This document shows positions 13,378 through 24,868 of a DNA stretch of 64,000 nt, piece after piece (the stretch's first letter is position 1; each line of letters begins with the position of its first letter). The notes under the pieces were generated by a model that saw only the letters and a list, made by a program, of their open reading frames with translations, made no database searches and had not been told where the DNA came from. Source of the DNA: Leucoraja ocellata (taxonomy: Eukaryota). The stretch is from NCBI GenBank assembly GCA_036785375.1, contig JAWMAR010000070.1:4340001-4404000 (forward strand). The letters are read 5' to 3'. The translations under genes were made by a program, and so were the position numbers.

Positions 13378-13692
13378 CGTCAGATACAAGGAGTTCTACG
13401 GTAAACATTGGGAGGCCGTTAGATGTTGTAATTCCACATCTGTACCACCCTGTATCGCCAGAGAGAAGATCCTCCACAGTCACAGTAAATATTCCTCGTG
13501 CCCGGTTATCTGTGATTGACACTCTTCCACTCCTTCCGCGTAGCCCAATTGTTTCCACCATATCTGTACATTGGCGATTCTGCACACGGCACCAGTATTT
13601 TGTGTGTAAGCGGTACTCTGCTGCATAGTGACAATCGATTGTAATCGCACTTCCCACAACCCCTCTTACATACGTCTCTCCCCACACTGCAC
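13378..13692 (-). CDS. Gene C Ig V exon 2
   Basis: 315 nt; KYWCRVQNRQC. Confidence 0.9.
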
Positions 13693-14301
13693 CTGAAAGT
13701 GAAGGGGAGAAACTTTCAGATGGAGAGCAAATGAACAGTTTAGTGGAAATAGATACATTTCGAAGATTCCATGAAAGAAAACTTAAATAGTTCCATGATG
13801 TGTCATATTGCTTCACGGCCAATGTCTCCTGTCTGAAGTGCAGGCAGTGCTGTTATTGAACCAGTTGTGTCAGTGTTCTATCCCCGGGTCAATGCAATTA
13901 GGGTTCACTTCCCACTCCAGATCCCTGAGCAGAAACGGGGCTGGGATCGCAGTGCGGTACTGAGGGAGCGCGGCAGTGTTGCAGGAGCTGCCTTTCAACA
14001 ATCCCAGGCGGTGCCCGGCCTCTCACCCCACGAAAGACCCCACTTTGCTATTTCATTGGCGGTGACAATTTCTTCACAGCAGTTATCAGGCATCTGAATC
14101 ATCCTACCACGCCCAGAGATCTGTCCTGAACTCCCATCTACCTCTTTGACGACCCTCGGACCACCCTTGATCGGACTTTGCTGCCTTTACCTTACACTAA
14201 ACGTTATTTAATTTTCATGTATCTATGCACTGTAGGAGTATCGATTGTAACCCTGCATTGTCTTTCTGCTGGAGACGTCAATCAATCGCTGCGAAACGTA
14301 C

Positions 14302-14616
14302 CGTCAGATACTTCGAGATGAACGTTAAATATTGGATGGTCGGCAGATGTTGTAATTCCACATCTGTACCATCCTGTATCTCCATCCTGAAGATCGTCAA
14401 CAGTCACAGTAAATATTCCTCGTGCCGGGTTATCTGTGATTGACACTCTTCCACTCCGTCCGTGTTGCTCATTTGTTTCCACCAAAACTGTACATTGGAG
14501 ACTCCTCCCACGGCACCAGTATTTTGTGTGTGAGTGGTACTCTGCTGCATAGTAACAATCGATTGTGGTCGCTGTTCCCACAACTCCTCTTACATCCCAC
14601 TTTGCCCACAGTGCAC
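14302..14616 (-). CDS. Gene C Ig V exon 1
   Basis: 315 nt, phase 1-1; KYWCRGRSLQC, DTGWYRC. Confidence 0.9.
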
Positions 14617-14692
14617 CTGAAACTGAGGGGAGAAACTTTCAGATGGAGAGCAATGAACTGTTTAATGGAAATAGATACATTTTGAAGATTAC

Positions 14693-15276
14693 TTCTTCAT
14701 ATAAACGACTTCATCGCCTTCAATGCATTCAGAACTCTGCAGCCCGGATCATCACCCGCACCAGATCATCGGACCACATCACACCTATCCTCACTCAGCT
14801 CCACTGGCTCCCTGTGCACCACCGGATTAACTATAAGAATTTACTGCTGACCTTCAAAGCCCTACCGCACCTTGCTCCCCAATACCTCTCTGACTTGCTG
14901 CCACCATACACTCCTTCCCGGTCACTTCGTTCCTCCTCAGCTGCAATTTTAACGGTCCCCACATTTAGACTCAGCAGAATGGTTGCCAGAGCCTTTGGCT
15001 GCTCTGCCCCACGTCTCTGGAACACTCTCCCACCTCCCTTCCGTCACCTGGACACTATCGATCAATTCAAATCACAACTCAAAACACACCTGTTTAGATT
15101 AGCATACCCGACATAACTTCCACCATGTTCACCCTGATTTTAATGATTTAAATATTTTGTGTATTTTTTTGTTTTTTGTTTTTTGGCAACTTAATTTTAA
15201 TATTGATAATTGTATTGTGATTTTATGTCCTGTAAGGTGTCCTTGGGTGTCCAGAGAGGCGCCAGCAAATAAAATG

Positions 15277-15359
<83 letters not shown>
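14693..15359 (+). mobile_element. L2-clade LINE 3' fragment with AATAAA and (TTA)n tail
   Basis: LQCIQNSAARIITRT...LHWLPV...FKSQLKTHLF; attac repeated at both ends; empty sites near 30575 and 34450. Confidence 0.82.
15279..15359. repeat. (TTA)n microsatellite (L2 tail); counterpart at ~63244..63328
   Basis: Pure trinucleotide run visible in the sequence. Confidence 0.95.
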
Positions 15360-15360
<1 letters not shown>

Positions 15361-16887
15361 ATGAAAGAAAACTTAAATCGTTCCATGATGTGTCATATTG
15401 CTTCACGGCCAATGTCTCCGGTCTGAAGTGCAGGCAGTGCTGTTATTGTATCAGTTGTGTCAGTGTTCTGTCCCCGGTTCAGTACAATTTGGGTTCACTT
15501 CCCACTCCAGATCCCTGAGCAGAAACTGGGCTGGGATCGCAGTGCGGTACTGAGGGAGCGCGGCAGTGTTGCAGGAGCTGCCTTTCAACAATCCCAGGCG
15601 GTGCCCGGCCTCGCACCCCACAGAAAGACCCCACTTTGCTATTTCATTGGCGGTGCCGCCGGCTACGCTGCCAACATTCATCTCTCAACCGACACTGGGC
15701 AGGACCCGTGTTTTTTTTAAATTATCAAATAATTTATTCAATTATTAAAAATAATATTTACACTACAATAAAACAAGAACCCAGCACCATAATACAAGAC
15801 AAACAAATATACTAAATACACTACTATACAACTATGTTACAATGCTTGTCAAGGATGTATTCAACCGCAGGCGGTGCCCAGATGTCCCGGAAATCCCCCA
15901 GGTGCCCGTGGACAGCGCCTGGTCCTTGTCGAGTCCCACCCGGACGCGGAAAGCCGACCCGTGTTTACACATTCACCGCCGCCAATGCTTTCCAACACCC
16001 TGACTGAGGACAGAGGCCGGACGAGTTACGGGTCCATTAACGGAGAGCGGGTCCATTAACGGAGAGCGTTAGTAGCGTGACAACGCACACCGCCAGATTC
16101 GGGGAATGTTTCTTCCCAGCTGTTATCAGACATCCGAATCATCTTCCCATAACCAGAGAGCAGTGCTGAACTATCTACCTCTTTGGTGACCCTCGGACTA
16201 CCCTTGATCGGACTTTGCTGGCCTTACCTTACAATAAACTTTATTTCCCATTCATGTATGTAAGATGATCGATTGTAATCATGTATCTGGCAGGTTAGCA
16301 TGCAACATAAAGCTTTTCGCTGTACCTCGGTACACGTGACAATAAACTGAACTTGGATTTCAGCACGACTGGGCCGCGGATCCGAGAGCGGATGGAGAGA
16401 GAGTTGGGAGTGGGTGGATAGAGCGAGGACAGTGGTTCAGTCTCAGACTCCGGGGAATTGTTGGGTTTGCGACAGAGTTGAGATGGACAAATGCAGGGAA
16501 TATTTGAACTGACACAATGAGACCACAATCCTGACTTCCACCTCTGTTGTAAACACATTTTGTTAGTGTAGAATTAACTTCCTGGTGATGCTGGAACCTC
16601 TGTCCTTCGGTCCAGGTGTCTTGGAGTATCTGCTCCAAATACATTCGCTATTTAATGCCTATATATGCCTATCATCAGGATGCAATTAGACCAAGTGTTA
16701 GCGGTGGTTAAACTACGAACATTTTCTAGATATTCAAACGTGATTTCAGATCCATCACCACAATGCACTGAGTTCAATCTCGCCCATTACTTGTCTACAC
16801 ACACTTAACCATCTGTGCTGTAGAAAGGGTGCACGGGACCCCAACTAACATTGATCATTGGAATATCAGGATCTGACTTTCACTCAC

Positions 16888-16924
16888 CCGGCAGCGAGGC
16901 GATGAGAAGAATGGGAATCCACAT
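16888..16924 (-). CDS. Gene C signal peptide exon (MWIPILLIASLP; alternative in-frame ATG at 16936)
   Basis: Hydrophobic leader, CCGG|GTGAGT donor; the 16924 ATG is the one conserved in gene B. Confidence 0.85.
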
Positions 16925-17039
16925 TGTTTTATCCATAGTGACAAGGCCAGCACTTGTCTGTCTGTCGCTCAGCCCTGAGCTTTCAGAGACAACCGCGTCT
17001 CTCAAATAGCAATGACTTAGAAGGGAACAGGACGTCAGA

Positions 17040-17110
17040 TCGTGAACCACAGCGAGCCAGCAGCAGCTCGACACTTTACAGTGTGAAAGGCTCAGGGTTA
17101 TATTTAGCAA
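17040..17110 (-). promoter_or_regulatory. Putative core promoter of gene C: TATA-like TAAATATAA plus RUNX-type TGTGGTT
   Basis: ~170 nt upstream of the ATG; both motifs conserved upstream of gene B (~36100-36165). Confidence 0.35.
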
Positions 17111-20100
17111 ATGGTTGGGTCAGATGATCACAGAGTCATACGTCACGGAAACAGGCCCTTCTCCCCAACTCGTTAGACCAATATGCTCATCTAAGTTAGT
17201 CAAATTTGCCCACGCTCGACCCATATCTCCCCAAACCTTCCCTATCCATGGACCTGGCCAAATGCCCGTTCCATGTTATTATTGCAGCTGCTTCAGCCAC
17301 TTCGTCAAGTGTGATGTATCAGTAAGGATGGAGCGGCGGTTATCTCTGTACTCAGAGTCTGTTAACACTGAACTGTGGTGGAAATATTGACAGACAAAAA
17401 AAAAATGCAGGGGCAACTCTGGAGAAGTCAGCGGGCCCGTCAGCACCTCTGGAGAAAATGGATAGATGACGTTTCGGGTCGGGAACCTTCGTGTAAACAA
17501 TGATACGTTGTATAAAATATGACATTTAGAAGAGTAAAAATTAGGTTCCACTGTACTGTTTTCTACTGTATTAACTTCTAATAAAATAAACAAAAAACAA
17601 AACAAAAAAAGAAGAGTAAAAACGTCTAAGATGTGTACACTTCGGGATCATTCCCATTTGATGATTTTGTAAGTGGACCGTCAGACCAAACACATGGAAC
17701 TTTTGTTTTGGAATATTGCTGAAGTGATACACTTAGTGAAGTTAAAGCAAGGTAGAATATGCACGGTGAATTGAATTGTTAACTTGTCTTCTTCACAAGT
17801 GCTAATAAATTATCAGAGTTGTGGTCCTGTACATTCCATTGGTTGATTCTGGACATCTGCTTGCAACGATTTCATTCTGTAGGCAACTAGTTGTATTATA
17901 ATATGACGTAATATCTGCTGCGGGCTATCGTTCTGGATGTGTTACTTTCAGGGGAACAGTACAGTTTATTCGGGTTGTGTCCGTCAATGGCATTATTGTG
18001 TATCACGTGGTATCGGTGTAACACACTGATGTGTCCGCCACTGATGTTAGCTGAGCGTTGGCGACCCTCAGTAAAGTATATTTTGTTCGGAGCTATTTCC
18101 TGTTTACTTGCCCAATTAAAAACACTGCAGAGAGGAACCGACGATGCAGCAAAACAATTTAATCCTGTCTTCATTCGCCATTGACCCATGACTTCTGCAA
18201 ACACTGCTCAGCAATCAGTGTTACACCGAGCTGCTCGCAAGATGCGGTTCAGAGATACGAATCAACACACTCTTGTTTCAGCAGCGCGTGCAAAGTGTCA
18301 GCACTGCAGAACAATTCAGTATAAATGGAGAAGTGACTGTTTGATCATATTAGATTCAAGTACATTGCAAGTCAGCACCCACCGCTAAACACAACAGTGG
18401 TATCGATCCGAAATGTCACCCGTTCTTTCCCTCCAGTGACGCCGCCCTTCCCGCGGAGTTGCTCCAGTATTTTGTGTATATCTGTGGCATCTCAGACCAT
18501 TTATCTCTCATTATCTGAGAGGCACTTTGGGATGTCCTGCAGTGGGGAAATGATCCAACTCAAGATCATCCCTCCCATTAGACCATTAACAAGCTCAATT
18601 TGAACGGGCCAGGCAGCATCAATGTGACCACAGAATCTGCAAGTATCTCTGGCTATTCAGCACCCCTCTGGTATCCCTGACCTGGGGGTTTGTGAGTTCA
18701 AAGCCGCCTCTGGTCTCATGTCCGCATCTCCCCGCTTACTGTATGGAGAATATTTATCTTTGTCAGTGGGACATTTTAGCAATCTTTGAATCTTTCCGAA
18801 CTTTATGGCGGTTACTGTGTTATTGCAGGTCACCATTTTGTATTCGCAAACAACATCCTTCATAGTTCTTTCATGGGCGGGGCTACAGTCACGAGTCAGA
18901 CTAAGGAAAGAAACACAATGTATTTGCAGTTTCACACCCCGCGCTTTGCAAGCTGTAACTCATCAATTGTGTTCTGCACAAGAATAGACTTTCCTCTAGT
19001 TTAGTTTAGTTTAGTTTAGTTTGGAGATACAGCGAGGAAACAGGCCCTTCGGCCCACCGAGTCCACACTGACCAGTAATCCCCGCACATTACACGATCCC
19101 ACACACACTGGGGATGATTTACATTTACAGCATGCCAATTAACCAATCGACATGTACGTCCTTGGAGATCTCGAAGAAAACACGGTGTTTTGGGGAGAAC
19201 GTACAAACTCCGCACAGACAGCTCCCGCAGTCGGGATCGAACCCGGGTCTTCGGCGCTGCAAGCGTTGTAAGGCAGCATCTCTCCCGTTGCACCACATTG
19301 GCCATTGTTTGTAGTCCTTTAACTCCTTTGCACGGTGGCAAAATGAACAACTCGTTGCAGCATTAAAATGTTTATCAATATTACGGTACTCAAAAGACGC
19401 GAACGTGGTGTGATATAGAACTCGTGTGAAAGGGTTGATTACTGGTTGACGTGGACTCGGTGGGCCAAATGGTCTGTATCCATGCTGTATCTTTCAATTA
19501 CTTAATCCAAAAAAATTGTTAGAAACATAGAAACATAGAAAATAGGTACAGGAGTAGGCCATTCGGCCCATCGAGCCTGCACCGCCATTCAATATGATCA
19601 TGGCTGATCATCCATCTCAGTATCCTGTACCTGCCTTCTATCCATACCCCCTGATCCCTTTAGCCATGTACAACATGCTGGAGTAACTCAGCGGGACAGG
19701 TAGCATATCTGGATGAAAGGTATGGGTGACGTTTCGGGTCGAGACCCTTCTTCAGATTAAAGTCACAGGAGAGGGTTAAGGAATAGTAAGGTGTGAAAAC
19801 GGGTCAAGGGGTTTGCAGATCAAAGGAAATGTAGAATAGTTCATTGTTAGCTGGGAGAAGGTAACAATAAAGTAATTAGAGATAAAACGTAGTCGGAGAC
19901 CGTCAGACTGATCGTATAACTGGGAAGGGGGGGGGGGGGGGGGCGGGGGTGGATTGAGAGGGAATGCACGGGTTACTTGAAGTTAGATAAGTCACCGTTC
20001 ACACCGCTAGGATGTAACCAACCCAAGCGAAACATGAGGTGCAGTTCCTCCAATTTGTGCGGCAACTTACTCTGACAATGGAGCATGCCCAGGACAGGAA

Positions 20101-21511
20101 TGTCAGTGTGGGAATGGGAGGGAGGAGTTACCGTGTTTAGCGACCGGGATATCAGGTAGGGGCGGACTCAACGGAGGTGTTCAGCAAAACGATCGCCGAG
20201 AAGCGAGAACAATCGCAGGCTCAGCAATCGTTTCGCTGAACACCGCCCCCCAGTCTGCCTACCCCTACCTGATCTATCTACTGATACCGCCTGCCACGCT
20301 AAGTTACCCCAGCAATTTATGTCTATCTTCAGTTTAAACCAGCATCTACAGTTCCTTCCTACCTAAAAATTAGTTGCATATCGGCAATGAAATCTGTACA
20401 TGTTGGATGTGCTTAGCGCGTCAGTCAGTGTCTGTGCAGAGAAAAATAAGGTTAATAGTCAGAACAATGCTGTTGCATAATTTTGGTCTGATGGGATAGC
20501 ACAGTCTGAAAGATTAATTGAATGCCTTCCCTAATCGCCTTTAATGTTTGGCAACAAGAGGAATATCCAGCAGTCTAATCAAAACAAATTAGACAAACCG
20601 TTTATTGACAACAACCATTTATTAAGAAGCATTCTGTTGCATTATTATTCATTAATCTGTGAAAAAAAATCCAGGAAATTGTATGCATATAATATAGTTT
20701 AACGGAGGATAAAACTCTGAAGCAGCAGAAACCACGCAAAGGTTAAAACAATAGTTCGAAGCTGACGAAAGAAACCTTGGAAGAGGTGGCAAAAATTAAG
20801 ATGGTGCAAGCTAGGAGTCTTCATTGTAATTCGTGGGTCGAGTGGCGAGGTTCTGAGTCATCGCGTCTCTGCAAAAGACAATGTGAAGTCATCAGACAGA
20901 CTGACAGTGGGAACCACGCTTTATTTGTCCCGGCCACTCCCAACACATTGCTGTCTGCAAAATGCTAATCCACGAATTAGTTAATCCAATGCCAACGAAC
21001 CCACACCGGGCACAGAAATCCACCCTGCACGCGTACAACCTGACAGAACCTCGTGATATCATCTACATAGAGATTTGGTTTAACCTCAGGATATGAAAAC
21101 GTGCACGATTTTTGTTTCTATCGATGGACAGGATATATGAAAGCATTAATGGAAACCGTTTGGAAACACTCGGCAAAGAGAAGGGATTGCTTTGGGCGAA
21201 TCCCTTCTGGTGAATCTATGGATTTCATTGCCACAGGAGGCTGTGGGTGCCAAGTTAATTCACACCGGAGATGCTGCCTGTCCCGCTGAGCTACTCCAGC
21301 ATTTTGGTATCTGTCCAAATTAATTGATGCTTTAAGGCGGAGATTTTCATTTTCTTGATAAATAAGGATGTCAATGGTTACGGGGAGAAGGCAGGTGAAT
21401 GGGATCGAGTGAAGGATAGATCAGCCGTGATTGGGGGCCGATTAGATATGATGGGCTGAATGGCCTAATTCTGCTCCTATAATTTATGAACATGATGACA
21501 ATAAAACCTAC

Positions 21512-21602
21512 CTTAGAGCCTCTTGTGAGCACCGCGGTTGAGATACTCCAGATCACAAGCAGGAGAAAGAACATCCAGCGCCCCACTTCCCATGAGATGT
21601 AA
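21512..21602 (-). CDS. Gene B transmembrane exon with Arg (YISWEVGRWMFFLLLVIWSISTAVLTRGSK)
   Basis: tttgcccag acceptor, TAAG|GTAGGT donor, phase 2 to 0. Confidence 0.8.
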
Positions 21603-21670
21603 CTGGGCAAACGGCAAGAAATACGGAGTCAATGGGAGGAAACGAGACGGTTAATCTTTGAAGCATTTAC

Positions 21671-21736
21671 CTGTTATTTGCTTCATAATCTTGGTGAAGT
21701 GGAGCGGGGCGAAGCGGCAGCGTCAGTGGAGACCAT
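21671..21736 (-). CDS. Gene B 66-nt stalk exon
   Basis: ttcttttacaaag acceptor, ACAG|GTAAAT donor, phase 2-2; open only in the frame required by its neighbours. Confidence 0.55.
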
Positions 21737-23216
21737 CTTTGTAAAAGAACGGGTGTTGGACTGGGGGGAGGCGGGGGGGACAATATATGATAACCAATTG
21801 TTGACGTCATTGTTGGGGCATGGCTACAAGACTCGGAATGAGAGACTACGCGGTTAAATGGATTCAGAGAAGACAGATAAATAAGTCATGAGCTGGGACA
21901 GTGAATACAAAACAGATGGACACAAAATGTTGGAGAAACACAGCGGGAGAGGCAGCATCTCTCTGGAGAGAAGGAATGCGTGAAGTTCCGGGTCGAGACC
22001 CTTCTTCAGACCGAGAGTCACGGGAGAGGGAAACTGTGGATGTGGAAGGATACAAAGAACAGTGTGATACCCTGGAAGAAAGAAAATGCAGCTGCAAGGA
22101 AGTTTATAATAAAATCCATTTGGATAGACAGGAATAATAAAAACGGAACAATTCCAATAATGGAAGGGAGATGGGCAATAAAAATGGAAACAGATGAGGC
22201 CAATTAATAAAATTAATTAAAAAATGATTATACTTAATCTCACACCCTGGATACTTCGTGGATCAACGCGGTAGGTGTGTGGATGGAGGAATTGTGCTCG
22301 AAAAATCGGTTAAAGGTTCGCTCATAACGGCGTGGCTTTCATGAACATTTGCTAACGCAAGTATAACACAAGAGTGTGATAGAAAGTCAGATCTATTTCA
22401 ATTGTGATAAGATAAACAACAAAATGTTCCCACTTTCATGACTATATTATGATTGAATATTTAATGGTTTCAAGTATCAACGAGTAAGAGAGAGTCAGTT
22501 AACTCATTTTGCTGTATTCGGATGAGGTGAGTGACGGAGCAGTCATGTTGAATACTGCAGGGAGCGCTCTCTGAAAAGCATCAAATGGAGGAACTTGTTC
22601 TTATCATCCAAGCATGTACACAACACAATGAGATGTAAACCAGTGCGATTCCCCCTCTGATGAGTTAACTAAAAACTGGTTTGTAAGTTATATTTATTGT
22701 ATTAAATAATATTTAATAGATACGTTTATATTTGGTGTCAGGCTTGAAACTTGTACAACAATTGGTTATGCTTCGTGACATTTAGGTTCATTGGATCAAA
22801 GACCCATAGAGAAACACAGTATAGAAACAGGCCGTTTCCGTCAACTGCATTCACATGATTCCTGTGACAATCCTATTTTTATTTCCCCCACTTGCTCATC
22901 AACTACCACCCCCACCCCCACCCCACCAATTCTTCACAGATTCAGCCACTCTCCTGTACACACGGGACAATTTACAACTGGCTCATCTTTGGGAGCTGGG
23001 AGGAAACTGGAGCACTTGAATGAAACCAACACAATTAAAGGCAAAACATGCAGACCACGCACAGACAGCTCCTAATGAACCAATGTCGTGGCGTTGTGAG
23101 ACTGTGGCTCAACACTCTCACGCATTTAATGCCAGTTTCTCCCAATTAAAGCATTCCCCAATCAAAACACCAGCAAATAGTACATTGTAACTTTCATTGG
23201 AAACAGAGCATTTTAC

Positions 23217-23265
23217 CTTGCAGAGTAATTGGATGGTATCGAATTTTCACAATAACATTCAAGAC
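23217..23265 (-). CDS. Gene B 49-nt Cys linker exon (GLECYCENSIPSNYSAR)
   Basis: ccaacag acceptor, CAAG|GTAAAA donor, phase 1 to 2. Confidence 0.75.
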
Positions 23266-24547
23266 CTGTTGGAACAAGGAAATACAAGTCAGTTTCACTG
23301 CTTTTCACTTGCAGTTTAACAAGTAGCTATGATTTTCCGATGCACGGAGTTGATAGGCTTAACAGACAGGGCAATGCTTCTTCTGTGTGATTTGCAGCAA
23401 ATGGGAGATGTTATCATGACAAGCAGCAGTGCTGGTAACAACTCTGGCTCCAGGTGTAGATGGCACGATGGCGCAGCGGTAGAGTTGCTGCCTTACCGCC
23501 AGAGGCACGGGTTCGATCCTGACCACGGATGCTGTCTCCACGGAATTTGTAACTCCTCCCTGTGACCGCGTGGGGTTTCTACAAGTGCTCCAGTTTCCCC
23601 ACAGTCTGAACTCTTGCAAGTGTGTTGGTTAATTGGCTTCTGTAAATTGTCCCCGTGGAACTAGTATACTGGTGATTACTGGACGTTGTGTACTCAGTGG
23701 CACGAAGAACCGGCTTCCACGATGTATCCACAAATTAATCAAAAGGGTCCAATTTCATTTGAGAGGAGTATTGCTTGGGATGAAACATTACAGTTATGGG
23801 GAGGGGTTGGATAGGGGTTTTATAAAGTTCCATGCAGAACAGGTGAGGAAGGGGGGATCTATTACAGGTGTGCAAAACTATGAGCAGCAGGGTATTTTTT
23901 GAACATTTTACATGACAGATATGTGTAAAAGTGGAGAACATATGGGTAAGTTAAGGAGCAGGATGTTTGAAGGGTATAAATAAATATTTTTAAACCGAGA
24001 AGATAGAGGTACCTGAATTGCCTCAATGGACGAGGTGCTGGTAAGTGGGATGAGTATTGATTGTACTGAATGGTCAACATTAACACAGTGGACCAAATCT
24101 GATACCGTCGTCTAGGAGTTAATTGTGGCCACATTTACTGATAATTTCTGATCCCTTCACATATTTGAGTGTCGGTCATGTGGAGATGATGGAAAGTGAA
24201 AATGCTTGGACTGATGTCACTGCAAACCTAGTTTAAAGCTGTGTAAACATAAGAGGCAGTTCTTGCCGGGAAGCTGGCCTACACCAGCACTGGTAAATCT
24301 ATTTCTGGAGCCCAGCAACCAAGTATTGACAAATAATTCCATAATTTTAATCTTGATAACGTAATTAAATAACGTGCATGGATTTCAGGGTGTCTGGGGT
24401 TATGGGGAAAAGGCAGGAGAATGGGGTGAGGAGGGGAAGATACATCAGCCATGATTGAATGGTCTATTTCTGCTTCTACCACATGTGATTTTATGAACCA
24501 CCCCACCCCCACTTCCCCTTCTTCTCCTCATTCCCTCCACTACTTAC

Positions 24548-24868
24548 CAGTGCCGTTGATTTTCACCAGGAAACTGCAGGGCACGTCACTGCTGGAGATG
24601 GACACGTTGACCATTTCACTGGATTTTGATCCATGTTGATTTGAAGCTGTGCAGAAATATTGATGGTGCTGGTGTTTGAAGGATTGACAATGTAGATCCA
24701 GGGCATTGTTGTCTGAGATCTTTGAATCCCCAGATGGGGTCTTTTTATACCAGCTGTAGTTAATGGGAAGGGATCCCTGGACCGACTCACAGGACACTGT
24801 CACTGAGCCCCCGAGACAAGAGACATTGGCTGGTGACAGACACCCAAGCACAGGAACAGACACGGGTT
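24548..24868 (-). CDS. Gene B C2b exon
   Basis: 321 nt, canonical splice sites. Confidence 0.85.

Larger units (their letters stand above)
4155..16924 (-). other. Gene C: activating-type CD300/pIgR-like multi-Ig receptor L-V-V-V-C2-linker-V-C2-linker-stalk-TM(Arg); terminal exon unresolved
   Basis: 11 exons total 2205 nt (735 codons) in one uninterrupted frame from ATG 16924 to the phase-0 TM donor. Confidence 0.83.

Noticed and set aside
15157-15426. Poly-Tyr / poly-Asn ORFs (also 63162..63380)
   Set aside because: Translations of the (TTA)n microsatellite tail of an L2 element.
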